Shown here: piece by piece, positions 38,791-51,957 of the stretch
Layout: the number at the start of each line of letters is the position of its first letter
How positions within the stretch are numbered: position 1 is the first letter of the stretch
Assembly: GCF_963506605.1 (NCBI RefSeq)
Contig: NC_083277.1
Coordinates: 102,176,001 to 102,240,000, forward strand
DNA length: 64,000 nucleotides
DNA from: Zootoca vivipara
Taxonomy: Eukaryota
Reading direction: 5' to 3'
Position numbers and translations under genes: made by a program
Notes under the pieces: generated by a model
Databases searched by the model: none
Seen by the model: the letters and a program-made list of their open reading frames with translations, nothing else
What the model was told of the DNA's origin: nothing

Positions 38791-41304
38791 GTAAACGATA
38801 CAGCTCAGCTGTTTGAGCACTGCAAAGGAAAATGCCTGGAGGTGGATTTTTAGCATATACAAAGGGAAGCCACGGGCTATAATAAAATCATGCCCTGTAG
38901 TGTTTTAATTCCTTGGTGGTTAAAATTATATGCATGACTTCCTGAACAATGCGAGATATGCCAATACTGCCCCACCTTCTAACAGAAATCCCAAATGTCT
39001 CCTGATTGATGATTCAGGGCAGGCACCCGCACCCTGGTTGTTGATACTAGTTTTCTGTAGGTAGGCATCTCCTCTCTCCCCACCCTCTTGCCAAGGGGAA
39101 CATCTCACAAAATTACACCAGATGGACATGGACCTCTTGGGTAAAAACCATCAGACAGTTTGGGCCTGACGCACAAAATCTGAAGGCCATTTTATCTCAG
39201 AAAGACAGAATTGTCTACACGCAAAAGCCCCCAACAGATTGTGCAGACCCTGGGGAGTAGGATGGATGCAGGGAACACAACAAAGATGCATGTCACATGT
39301 GGAATTGATGTAGCAAAACAGATATGTGAGAAGAACGAAGCTCCCTTGTTAGAAGGGAAGAGTCATAAAGCAACAGTTCAAAGGAAGGTTCTTGGAGGCA
39401 AGCAGACACATAACTGGAGGGAGGTTTGCACTGTGGCAAAGATATGGAAGTCCTTATGGCAGTGGTAGCCAACCTGGTGCCCTCCAGATGCTGTTGGACT
39501 TCAACTCCCATCAGCCCCACCAGCCTGCTTGGATTATGGGAGTTGTAGTCCAACAGCATTTGAGGATGAACGCATTGGCTGCCTCTGCCATACGGATTTC
39601 CCAAAAGGATGAGGTGATGCATGAGCAGCCTCCAATTGCTTTTTAGAGAACTGTTTCTGCTGTTGTGGGTTGGTTTTGTACATTACCGTGGTGCTTGATG
39701 ATGTTCTGCAGTTTATAGATATTCCGGAAAGCTAAGATGTGGAGGGCAAGTTACTGAACCCGAGTCATTGCGGCACAAGGGAAGCATGTAGGTTTTATTC
39801 CTTGTTTGAGGTGCTTATATTTGCATTGGAAATAGCTGAAGATGGCAGTGAAGGTGTTTCCCTCGTCAGTGGGCCTTTGTAGTCGGATCTAAACACCCAC
39901 CTAGATATTAATTTGGCTGTCGGCTTGTTAAGCGCTATTCGGCTCACACACCAGCATGCTTCAGATGCAGAGGCTGTGACTAAAAGGCCCACTACTCTGG
40001 GCCGCCCATCTCATTCAGGCATTGGCAACACTCTTGTGTCTCGGCCTGGAGCCTGTGTGTGTTCTGGGAACCCATAAAACTTAAAAACCCTCGCTTGAGG
40101 TGATCTCTCTTGGGTGTTGCCTGTGGCTCAGAATCATGGCTGTGCCCTCCTCCTCATCTCTAGACAGCCGGAGGGGAATTTCTCTACAAGCCCATCTACG
40201 CTGTCTAGCATAACAAGCAGAATGACCGCCCGTCTCTTTGCAAAGAGAGAATGCAAGAGTGAGCACTTGCAGCCTGGTGGAGTGTAACGTCTGTGGGTCT
40301 TAATGCCCAGCCCTTTGGGCTGGCAAGGGCAAGAAGACTGGGCGGCACCAGGGACTTGCAGGTGCCCACAATCAGCTGGGGGCGGGGTGGGGGGCTTGCT
40401 TGCAACAGGTCTATTCTGTGAATGAAAATCTGCAATGAACATGTGAACCCAGTAGCAGAGGGCCACCATGAACTTGTGTGGTGGAGTAGGATTACTGCCA
40501 TAAGGGATAAGCTTTAAAATGATAGTTGTTGTTGTTGTTGTTGTTTAAATAGGGGTATCGCTTAATGTCTAAAGCCTGGCGTGCCAGAGCAACTGTCAGA
40601 GATACTATGCTTCTGAATGCCAGTTGTTGGAAATGGCAGGAGAGATGAGAGGACTACTGCACTCAGATCCTGCTTGTTGGCCACTATGAGATCAGGCTAC
40701 TGGACTAGGTGGGCTGCTCATGTTAACCTAGAGCCCTGCCATCTTCTCTGCAAGGGAGAAGTGTGGGAAGAGGCGTCTGCTGCTCGCTTTGAGGTTGTGC
40801 TGCATGCATATGGGTATGCATATGTCTGCAAATTTGAATAAGTAGCTTGGGCAAAGATGGGGAAAAGGAGACTGAACTGAAAGGGTGGTGGTGCAAGATT
40901 AGGATAACAGTGCATGGGAGACTATTTCCCTTACCTGCTGCACTACCGAAGAAAAGGGGTCCGAAGGATCTGGTGTGGTCCGAGGTCCCTTTCCCCACCT
41001 CCACAGCAACATTACACCTGCGTCCCAGCACTCTCCTCCCTTTCTTCCAAATGCCAAGAGGTTGGGCTGTCTACATCTGCGTAGGGAGGTTTTGCCTTGG
41101 TGCATTTGTGTTGGGAAACCGGTGCAACATATGGGTCAGAGATGGATGAGAGCATGGCACAAGGCCCACATGCACCAGCCATCCAGCTTATACTTTGCTA
41201 CCCATCACAGTGAAGTATGGACACACATTGTTGATGTTACTGGGTAGCCTGGGAGGTGGTGACTAATTCTATTTTCCATTTTTCCTGCCTCAACATACCA
41301 TCAG

Positions 41305-41426
41305 CTTGCTTGACCTGGGAAAGGCAGAAGAGAACAAAGAAAACGATCTCAGCCCTCCAGTACCTCAGACTTACGCTGCAACGGTAGCCCGGCAGAGTTC
41401 GGTGCCTTCACCTTCGATGGTGCCAG
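41305..41426 (+). CDS. WIPI1: WIPI1 exon 11 (LLDLGKAEENKENDLSPPVPQTYAATVARQSSVPSPSMVP)
   Basis: catcag| and |gtgagc, 122 nt; EENKENDL..YAATVAR matches WIPI1. Confidence 0.93.
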
Positions 41427-42550
41427 GTGAGCGTCAGGTTAGCTTGCTCTGATTGTCATTTGAGGTCTTCAGGCTCCTGGTTTTAGCCAGACCAGAACTG
41501 TTCATGGCTAAGTATCCCCAGATAATGAAGTATCTATACACCCTCCCCCCTTGATGTTCTTAGGGAAACAGGATTCTTTTTCTTATCTTTCATCTCTCCA
41601 GATGCCCTTCAGATACTGGGGGGCTGTGGTGGAGGGGGAAGGGGTCTGGCCATAGGCAGAAGGCCAGATGTTTCCCCACACTTTTAATTTCACATTGCCT
41701 CAGGACCAAACAAAAGAAACCAAAGCAGCTCGGCACCCTTTGCTCTTTGTCACAATATAACATCTACATGACATGGGTTCTCAGAGTTGCCAGCGTTGCC
41801 AGGTCAAGCCACACATGTTGTATGATATAAAACCATCAAGGCTGTGTGCATTATGTAGAACTTTAGAAGAAGCATAAAGTCTAGTAATGAGCACAGAATT
41901 CAACTTCCCATGAATCTCAGCAACCATAAAGAAAGAAAGAAAAAATAGATCACCCTGATGCAAATCTCTTTTATTTTTGTAATGGAGTGCTCTGAAAACA
42001 GCCACAAATGTCTTCTAGACATCTTGTTTTGCTCTGGGTTGCTTATAACTGCAAAGTAAATGTAAACATACCCATTGTGCTGTCTAATAGACAACGTAGA
42101 CTCCCTTGCTTGCATGTTGGTGATGCACTTTGCTCATGTCATCTGAACCGACTCGCCTGACTACTCTCCTCTCCCCTAAGTAAGACTCTTTCCTCTATCC
42201 TGTCTGTGCAAACAAGTTAGAATGTGTTTCTGTCCGTCCTTTATGAAAAGCCTGGGGCGCCACTAATGCTTATTGAAGATCCCACATGAATCAAAACTCT
42301 GCATTTCTGATTCACAGTGGAAAGCCTGAGGCTTTCATTAGAATGGAAGCTCCCCCCCCCCCCAAGTCTGGCGATTGCAGCATTGGTGCAGCTCTCACAT
42401 GTCCCTTCACTTCTCTGTGTTTTGCCAAACCCTTGCAGAAGGAAGGGGGGAAAGCACTCAGTAAAAAGTCACCAAACGCTGCCCCTGTCTGCCCAGCCTT
42501 TGGGCTTTTCACCTGTACTTATCTCCAGTATTTTGTTCCTTATTAAATAG

Positions 42551-42651
42551 GTTACTCAGAAGATGGAGGAGCCCTTCGAGGAGAGGTTATACCGGAGCAC
42601 GAATTCGCCACTGGGCCAGTGTGTCTGGATGATGAAAATGAGTTTCCACCT
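42551..42651 (+). CDS. WIPI1: WIPI1 exon 12 (GYSEDGGALRGEVIPEHEFATGPVCLDDENEFPP)
   Basis: aaatag| and |gtgagc, 101 nt; essentially identical to mammalian WIPI1 as recalled. Confidence 0.97.
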
Positions 42652-45600
42652 GTGAGCATTAGGAGTACTTAAGAGAGCACTATGGGGCCTCATGCTGCGA
42701 AGAAAGCGTTAACCTCTTATTCCAGAAGGGCTGTCCCTTCCTCTCTTTTCTGTAGCCCGCGGCAACTAAATCAGTTATGCTCTTACAAATGGGTAGATAA
42801 ACTCCCACTGTGCTGGGAGAGGGGCTTGGGAACAAAAATCTATTTATAATCCCGATATCCTACTCTTGCATTGGTGTCCCAGGCCCAGGGAACTGACTGA
42901 GCAGGTCCATTCCTGCGGAGGTTCAGCAGTGCTACAGCTGCAGGTGCTTCCAGGCCATTTAATTGATTCCCACCCAAACCCTCTTGTCTTCCCAAGAGGA
43001 GGGCACGCTCAGAGTTCAAGTCTGGATTTCTGCATTCACAGCTTCAGCAATGCCTCTGAGATGGAAGTGGTAGGAGGAATCCTTCGAATGTTAGAACGAG
43101 GCATGTTTAAGGGCATCCGTTTGGTCCTTTGGATGTGTGTTTGGATTAAGTGACCAAAACGAAAATGATAAAACTGACACATGGCTTGTTGGCTTTGGCT
43201 TTTTGTGGGTTCTGGGCAACTGCAGCCCATGCCCCCTGTCCTATTGCTGGTAGCTTTACCATACCAGCAAGATGCTCAGCCCCCCAGCTTTGCTATTTGC
43301 ATGTTGGGCTGGGGGGAGGAAAAGAGCTGCAGGGCAGGCATCAGTATAAAATGGTGGTGCAGGTGCAGTGAGCAAGTGCTGGCTGGGCAGCAGTCGTGCT
43401 AGTGATGGAGCTGCTCTTCCATCACTGGGCTCTCAAGGTAGATCCAGCCTGTGGCAGGAGAGAAAAAAGAGAGAGTGATTAGCGGCCCCAGCCTACTGAC
43501 TGCTGCATACACAGACCAAACCTGTCTTTAGTGAGGAAGGTTGGAAACTGGAAATCTTAAGGACATTTATTTTGTGTCCCTGCTATCTTTCTCCCCTCTC
43601 TGTAATAGAAGTCTGCTACCTTCCAGTGTCTCTTTAATCAATGCTATTTATTTTCTAAGAAGTAACAAGTGATGTATTACATTCCTTCTAAAGGGCCCCA
43701 TCCCTCTTGCATTCAAAAGGAATCATGGGGAAGCGACTTCCATGCCGTGTCTAACAGCGTCAAGTGATCCATGCTTACTGCAGAGCTAAGCATCTACCTG
43801 CCCAACCGCTTGCCTGCCTTGCTCCTGTTGCTGCTTCTCACACCTGCTGCTTCCTCCTTCCTGCCATTTTGAGTTGCTTGACCTGGGCTGTTAAAGGTGA
43901 GAGGAACCGTCCCAGATAGCCTCACGCTGGTGTTTAGAGGCTGGAAGAGGACTGGCTTGGTCTAGGGCTGGGGAAGCCTTCCAGATGTTGTGGATCTACA
44001 ACTCCCACAATCCCTGACTTCTGCCCATGTTGCCTGGGGCTGATGGGAGTCCAGCAACACTGGAAGACTCACACGTCAGGCACCTGTGATCTATGGCATC
44101 TGTAAGCTCGCTCTACCCTAACCTTCAAGGCTGCCTCTCATCTTCTCTTTGTGTCTGAGGGGAGAGGAATGCCATGGTGGATGTGAGAGAAAGGATGGAG
44201 CTGGGGGTGTTATTTGGCTACTTGCCATAGACAACCAGGCAAGTGGCACATTGCACCTCAGAATGAGGATATAACGGGCTTAGTTTTGGCATTTATTCCT
44301 AGTTGTGTGGGCTGGTGAAAAAGCCAAGGCTGAGCAATCACGATGTTCCCTGCTTGCTAGGCCGCCATAGCAGCTTTTGGGTTTGTTTGTTTTTGCGATA
44401 ATTAGACTGTTTCATCCGCATATGGCCATGAACACTTGCTTAGGCAGTGTCCGACCTGCAAAGGATAGTGTTCTATTTTAAAAGTGTGAAGTGTTGGCAA
44501 TTTGGATTCATGGTTGTGTTAGTCGTGTATGCCTATGTACGATTATTGAGCTTCTAGGGTTTGGTCACAACTCGGGTTCGCTCAGCATCCTGTTTGAGAA
44601 GCTACTGCACTTAAGAGTTGTTTCTTTTTACCTTTGGCTGCCTTACTAGAGGAGGGTGGATGGCGATCTCTTAGTATTTTGTCATCTCTCTAGGATCAGA
44701 AACTTGGATTATTTTTCTCTCCTTTGTACCAACCTCCCAGGTTGTTATGGGTTTTTTTTCCATTTGCCATATTACTTTATGAATCCTCCTCAGTGCTCTG
44801 TGAAACTCTTGGTGTGATGATGTGCCTTATTCATAGGGAAATCACCTCTCCACGGATATTGTATGGTTTCTTAACAGTGCAGGCTGGGGTGGGGGTATTT
44901 CGATTGCTGGGCTCAAGCTGGCAGGGCAGAAGTGAGTATGGAGGTTCTATGTCATTTTTCCAGGGGGGTCTCTGTGTAATGGACATTCGTATCCAGCTGT
45001 TTTCTCCTCCCATTAGGAACAATGGGAGGGAAAGGGGAGGTAGAGATTTAGTGATCTCTGTTTCAGGAGCTTGACTGAATATTTCCCTAGTTTGGGGGAT
45101 GTCCAAGCCACTTCCCAGGATACCCTTCTTTTTTCTGGCCCTTCTGACAGCGCTTTTAAGGTCAGTTGGACTGGCCCTTTTTGGAGCTAGCAGAGGTGGG
45201 AAGGGAAGCTCTGACATTGGGTCTCCCTTTCTTATTTTGGAGCTCTTATCTCTGACATGGAGGGTAGATCCATTCTAGCCTGAGGCTTGTAAGGGTGCCC
45301 TCCTTGGCAGGGACGGTACCTTGAATAGCTAATATACTGGCATAAAAAAGAGGTTTTTCAAAGGGTATGTCTACACTGTCTTCTGCACAGGAGGAAGTAT
45401 CTACACACGTCAGAAACTGCTAAATTCCAATTTGGACAAAGTGGACTAGCCACACTAGACCCAAGTGCTAAAAGTTTTTTTCGGATGTCTGGGTCGTATT
45501 GCAACCTTCACAAGCACTAAATTGGGTATTCCACTACCGTTCCTCCACGTCATATTACTTACAGGAGGTGGAGGGGAGAGTTAGGCGATCTAATTTACAG

Positions 45601-46850
45601 CACGACGACTATAAGCTCTCTTGTCCAGGGAAGCGTAAAAATGTATTTGCCACAATCCATTGGTGCACCATGTGAAATGAGCATTCTGCATGCGTTGCAG
45701 GTGACGATGGTGTGCATACTTTCTCCTACTTTGAGATGCTCTTCATGTGGAAAGCATCATTGTGTATGTGAAGCTATGCCTGTGGAATCCAAGCAGCTTG
45801 GGATCAAGTGCCACTAAAACATGATTGCTGTGTGCCAGGTGCATCACTTATGCTCAGAGGAGAGCAATTTACATGCAGGAGCAAAGGAACTCCAGCTATT
45901 GTTAGGGTTGGGCAATATCTGGTTTTCAACACTGCAATGTATCAGCAGCTAAATATCAGCATGTGCTGATCTATCACAATGTCTGAAATGTGTATCAGCT
46001 GCTGCTTCCTCCCCTAAGGTGGGGAGGAAGAAGCAGTTGAGATACATCGCCCAACCCCATACCGCTCTGGCTTCTGCGAGCTTGATCAGCTATGGGGTGG
46101 GCAGCTTCCCACCCACCCTGCAGCTGATCAAACCCCTACCTTCCAGCTCACACGAGCAAGGGCTTGCTCAAAGGCGCCTGCCTTCCTGCCTTTGCCCGAG
46201 TGGACAAGCTGCGTCTTTCCTCTTGGGGTGGTTGGTCTCTCTGGGATGAAAGAGACAACCCACCTCCCTGGGCAAAGGCAGGCAGGCAGCAACCAAGCAC
46301 ACAGAGCCTGAGAAGCATGTTCAAGCTCTGTGCATCTGTCTGCCTTTGCCTTAGTCCAGTTGGGCAACCTAACACTTTCCTCTTGGGGTCCTTGGTTGCT
46401 CCAGGAGGAAAGACGTAGCCCGCCCAGACCCCTTTGCCGTATGCAGACAATTTGAGCTGCTTGATACACTGTGGTTGCCGCTAACACAGCACAGGGAGCC
46501 AGGAGGTGCGCTGTGCTAGTGGTGGCTGGGGAGCCGCGATGCATCAGGTGACCCAGCACAGGCCGCGTTTACAACCAAGATAAGGGTTCATTGTTTAAAG
46601 CAGAAAACACAATTCTCAGTCTTCTAAGATGGGCATTGGGGTCCGTTCCCAGCCCAGATGATTCCTTTGAATTAAGGGCACACAAAAAAACTAAGTGGCC
46701 CCACAGATTTTGCGGAAAGCAAAACAGTTGCATGGCATCCTGCCTCCCTGCTGCTTCCTCTGCATGTGCGCAAAGTCCGGCTACAGCACACTCCCTGCTC
46801 AACGGCACGCTGCTGGGAAAAGTAAGGCCCTTCTGTTTTGATTTTGGTAG

Positions 46851-46898
46851 ATAAACTTGTGCCGTGGAAGCCAGACGAACAAAGGCAAGAGGTCATGA
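46851..46898 (+). CDS. WIPI1: WIPI1 exon 13 coding part (INLCRGSQTNKGKRS*)
   Basis: ttttggtag| acceptor; resembles mammalian IILCRGNQKGKTKQS*; TGA at 46896-46898. Confidence 0.9.
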   Translation: MNLCRGSQTNKGKRS

Positions 46899-47376
46899 GG
46901 AGTGGCAAACAGCAGAGCACGGAGCGACGGATGGGAGGTAGTTTGGAGAAACAAAAAATGGGAAAGTGGAAGATCCCACAAGTGAGGGGGGGGAGCCAGA
47001 GGTGCTCCAGTGCTTTTATAACACAGTATGTTTCTTCTTAGCCAATCCTTTCTGGCCCTTTGTGTGTATTCTCTTAAAAGTGCTGCGTGGGTTTGGTATC
47101 AATGTACTGTATATGCACATTGCTCTATACTCGGAGTGTAAATGTTACCACCACCACCACCCCCCGAACCTGAATTTTATACACATGCCTGCCCTTTTCT
47201 AATTTATGTCGTGTATAAATGTACTTAACAGAAGTCTATTTGATCTATGTCCTTTGTACAGTATATATACATAATATTTTACCCAGGCAGAATATTTTTG
47301 CAGTGGCCTATTAGGGAGACAGGGGAAAAAAGAGAACTCCAACATACTGTGTTGGCACTCTGCTGGAATACCTGTT

Positions 47377-47382
47377 AATAAA
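47377..47382 (+). terminator. Likely WIPI1 polyadenylation signal AATAAA
   Basis: Follows an AU-rich 3' UTR and is followed by a GT-rich tract (~47420-47445). A second AATAAA is at ~47996. Confidence 0.7.
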
Positions 47383-47600
47383 GTCGGCATCATGTCAGCA
47401 GCAGCAGCAGCTGTCACCTTGCGTTCGTCTGTCTTGTTGTTTTGAACGGAGCCCTAAAGATGTCAGCCTTGATTAAGTTTCACCAGTGGAACTGCTGCAT
47501 CTGCTTGCAAATAGAATCCCGTTTTCTTTCTACTGTACACCATGCCTCAGTTGCTATTTTCAGAGAATCTTGTCTGGAGATCCACAGTAAGAATGGCCTC

Positions 47601-47810
47601 CCGTATTTTTCTTCGTATGTTGTGGACCCTCTCTGCCTGCAGAGAAAGATATATACTGTACTTTTCTGTGTGTGAGACTATATTTCCCGCCAATTTTTTA
47701 AAGTTTAAAATTGGGGGGTCGTCTTATACACGGAATGTTGCAATTAATTATTCCTTAATTCCTTAATTTCGGACTCAAAAAATAGAGGTCTTATACACAG
47801 AAAAATACGG
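47601..47810. mobile_element. Tc2/pogo-like MITE; a related copy is at 60031-60198
   Basis: CCGTATTTTTC ... GAAAAATACGG|TA ends; the 60031 copy has TA on both sides. Confidence 0.75.
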
Positions 47811-48268
47811 TAATTATGTCTCTAGCATAGTAAGAAGAAAAAACAAGGACCCGAGTCACTATTACTATTTAAATAAGATTTCTTTAGATTTTCATATCCT
47901 TGTAGCTGGCTCTACCTGATCTTGCAGCGACTCCATATGCCTAAGACCTACTTCAAAGACTCCCTCAAATGTCTTGGGCCATGGCTCCTGCTTAAAATAA
48001 AAATGACAACCTTGCGGCTGGTTCTCATCTCCCCGTTTGTAACACCTTATGCAACTAACTTGTCTCATCCTGATGTCAAGATGCAGCAACCCTTGCCAGT
48101 CTCTGATGCAGAGATGGAGATGCACAATTGGGTCACAGGTAAGTGATGCCCGACATGATGGAGGGGGCGAACCAGACGTGTTGCCATTTTGAGTGGCCGC
48201 CACTCAAGTGTGACTGCTTCCAGCACTGGATTGAGGTGACTTTTGCAGAGAGCAGTAATTGCTTAAGG

Positions 48269-48405
48269 CAGGCATCCCCAAACCTCAGCCCTCCAGATGT
48301 TTTAGACTACAATTCCCATCATCCCTGACCCCCTGGTCCTCTTATCTAGGGATCATGGGAGTTGTAGGCCAAAACATCTGGAGGGCCGCAGTTTGGAGAT
48401 GCCTG
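48269..48405. mobile_element. Palindromic hAT MITE (family of 7148)
   Basis: TIRs CAGGCATC...GATGCCTG; TSD GCTTAAGG. Confidence 0.92.
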
Positions 48406-49199
48406 GCTTAAGGCGTTAAACGCCACCGATGCTGAGATGAAATGTCCCCGTTTACAACAAAAAAGCAATAAGGCTACAGTCTTGTAGGTGCGAGGTTCCC
48501 CTAGAAAGTTGCATATACACTGCTCTTTAACAGGATAGCATGTGCATCCCCAGAGGAGCTCCAAGTACACCTGCAGAAAGTTTTTGGGTTTTTTTTGCAG
48601 GGAGAGATGCATGTTGGGGTGGGCCTTGGATCCAGAAGCCCCTTTTTTGACCAAAGCACTAAGAACTACACCAGCCTTCAAGGTGGCATATAGTCCATTT
48701 TCCCTCAAACATTTCCCCCCATGAATGTTTCTGTGTCCTACCTACTCCACCCCAATAGGATTGCTCTGGTTTAAACAAAATACGGTTATTTACTTGATCG
48801 TTTCCTTACAATATTTATAATAAGAACAAATTCTCTGGGCATTTTACAGTCAAAGTCGAAAGTAGAAAAAACCAGCAACATACAAATAAACGTGCAGCAG
48901 AACAAAACAAAATTATAAACAAGGGCTAACAATAGTGCCAAAGTTGTAAAAAGCAGGTCTAAAATTAGGGATCCTGGCTTGTGTGCATAAAGACTTAGAG
49001 CCATGTTAGAAATCTAGTTTGATTATAAAAGGAACAGCGGGTGGAAGCTGCCCCAAACAGCACCGATTCAAAATATTTACATACCACCTTTCAACCCAAA
49101 ATTATCAGAATGGTTTATGATGTAACAAAGCATCTTAGTTCTAAAGTTTTCCCTGCTATTCTGACCTTGAGTCTTGTTGGCTTCACTTCCCGTATCAGC

Positions 49200-49498
49200 T
49201 CAGCATCTGTGGGATGAGTTGGAATAAGCCAACTGGCACCGGCAGACCAAATGCAGTGGGTTGCAGCAGGGTATCACAGCTGGGTCGTGAGAGTAGTCTG
49301 CTGTAGAGATATTATCTGCTGCAATATTCCAAAGAATGTCCAGGAGAGCCTTGTTCGCCACTGGCAGAACAGTACGGTACTCGGCTGTCTCAATGTCCAG
49401 TGGTGCCTCCTCCTGGGTGTCATGCTGTAAGTTAAAAATGAGAGGTGGCTGATGGCAGCGTTCTTTCCCAATGCTCCCATCACAGGCCTTGGCACCAC
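49200..49498 (-). CDS. ARSG: ARSG last coding exon (GGAKACDGSIGKERCHQPPLIFNLQHD...DPAVIPCCNPLHLVCRCQLAYSNSSHRC*)
   Basis: Minus-strand acceptor tttccag|; matches the arylsulfatase G C-terminus (GGARACDG..PLIFNL..DPSVTPCCNP..CRC); synteny with WIPI1. Confidence 0.95.
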
Positions 49499-51234
49499 CT
49501 GGAAACAGATGAGGCATGCAAGATGTTAGGACTGCCATCTTTTACAAGGTATTCCTGTTGCAGAAGCCATGCCGTTAAAAGGAAAAACACCCAAAGTTCA
49601 TTAGTGTAGGTTAAGCATGATACAATCTAGCCCAACGGTAAGCATTTTTACCAGTTGATTTTGTGGAGGGGGACTAAGCGCAGGCCCATTACAAGAATGG
49701 ACCGGTTGCAGGTGGTCCAATGTCTGAAATATGTATCTGTGAAATGTTTGCAGTTGGGTGCTTCTCTGATTATTATTTAAATGCAAAACTTGGAAGTATG
49801 GAAGACATTCCTTGGAAATAATGCAAGATAGGTTCAGGAGGACTCGATACCAGCATCACATGATGACGACGTTGGTTTCCCACTTTAAAATTTTGTGAAA
49901 TGCCATGAGAAATGGAATTCTGCTGTTACACAAAATAGTACAGTCATCAATGAAAAACAGGAACATCAAGCAGAGGAATAGCCAAGGCGAGCAAGGGTGA
50001 GCTCCTACGTTCAACCCTTTGACAAGGACTTGTTTACTCTACTGGCCTTGCTGGACCAAAGAAAATGCCCATCTAGTCCAGCATCTTCTATCTCACAGTG
50101 GTCAGCTGGATGCGTACAGGAATTCCACAAGCAGAACCTGAGAGCAACCACAATCTCCCCACTGCAGACTCCCTGCAACTGGTATTTTAAAGGGATGTCT
50201 CTTAACAGTGGAGGTAGAACACCATCATTGTGGTAATCTTACATCTGGGTCGCACCACTTGTTCTCCAGCTCCCAGCTCTGGCTAGCACTCGAGGCAATG
50301 CCTGTTATTTATATATTTGGGCATCACCTGTGCCAGATCCTCTAGCCCCCAAAATAAAAAGGCAATTTAAAAATACCTAAGTACAAGGACACCTCATCTA
50401 AAACATCCTGCTCATTAACCACAGCTATACAGACCAAAACTTCCCCATACAAAAACGCAGGTGGCAACATCAACGGACCACATTAAAGCCATCGGGGAGA
50501 AGGAGATAGTTGGTGCAACCCTTAAGAAGGTGCCCCTGTTGAAACCAATTAGCTCATTGGCTTCTTTCGCTTCACCATGCGAGGGGTTTGGTTCCTGCCC
50601 ACACCATAGAGGAAGCAAACCTTGGGGTACACGGACTGTCCTTATGAACAGGAGGCAAACCTGCCCTCGCTAGCTGGGAAGAGCAGGAGCACAAAATGTT
50701 CTGACCACACAAGCATGCACTTCTATTTGCCTGGTAATAATTAGCCCTGGCGAGAGAGCAAGAGCATCCTAACGAGCCAGTAAACTAATTTAACAGTTGT
50801 CTACATCCCTTAAGGACAGGTTCCCTGCACCACGATGTTGCACTCTGCTGTTTTGCACTTTGCACTCAAGGCCAAGTATAGCCTGGACTTGGGAGGCCTC
50901 TTTAGACCGGTCCGATTGTTTGGCATGCCCACCAGTTCTTTCAGGAACCCCTTCCTCCTCTAGCCTCAGCCTCAACGTCCCTCACCTTTCATTCTTAAGT
51001 AACCTCTTCCCTTAGGAAACCCTATCTTGGAGAGGACTTTGTGGGTGCAACCTAGTAGTGACTGGTTCAGTGAGGCATCACATGCCTTGGGGGGAGCAGC
51101 TGTAGCTCAGGGTGGAGGTGGAGAGATCAGCAGTACTGAGCTAGGTGGACAGGTTCTGACCAAGTATAAAAGCAGCTTCCTAAGTGATTGAAACCATGCA
51201 TTATGGACCTTGATTACATTGTTTTAGTGGAGGG

Positions 51235-51595
51235 TAGGGCTGGGCAATAATCTGGCTTTCAACATAACGATATATCAACAGCTAGGCATCATGATACCAA
51301 TATATCACGATGTCTGAAATACATAGCTGCCAAGTTTTCCCTTTTCTCACGAGGAAGCCTATTCAGCATAATGGAATTTCCCTTAAAAAAAGGGAGAACT
51401 TGGCAGCTATGCTGAAATAGCACTATGTAGAGGCACTGGGTGGCTTCCGTTTTCCCAGCCTCATGATTTTTGCTAAGCACACCCCCACCCCATCCATATC
51501 ATGACGTACGATATATTGCTAGGTTAAAAAATTATGAAACCGGTATCACGACATGAACTTCAAATGTGTTTTGGACAATATATCGCCCAGCCCTA
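51235..51595. mobile_element. hAT-like MITE with TAGGGCTGGGC/GCCCAGCCCTA ends and GATAT subrepeats; relatives at ~45903 and ~61410-61698
   Basis: Terminal inverted repeats visible. Confidence 0.65.
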
Positions 51596-51907
51596 ACACA
51601 CATAACAATTTGCGATATAATTGCCAGGTCAAAAGGAATGAAATGGATAACATGATACGGACTTCAAACCAGTTTTGAACAATGTATGGATATATTACTC
51701 AGCCCTATTAGGGGGGTGGAGATAAAATGCACCCAGATTTTAACTGGGTGGCAGTGTGGAGAAAAGGGGTTTTTCTCTTTTTTTGTGAAAAATAAATAAA
51801 AATTATTGGGGGGGGGAGAAAGAAAGAAGGGAATAACTAACTACTGATCTGATAAAAGGGCTCTTCCCATCTTTCACAACTGAGCAATCACATCAGTGGA
51901 AGCTAAG

Positions 51908-51957
<50 letters not shown>

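Larger units (their letters stand above)
2785..46898 (+). other. WIPI1: WIPI1 gene span (13 coding exons, 443 aa WD40 PROPPIN)
   Basis: Exon lengths 68,83,170,97,98,93,71,108,165,108,122,101,48 sum to 1332 nt in one open frame. All junctions are GT-AG and phase-consistent. The translation is closely similar to vertebrate WIPI1 as recalled. Confidence 0.97.
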
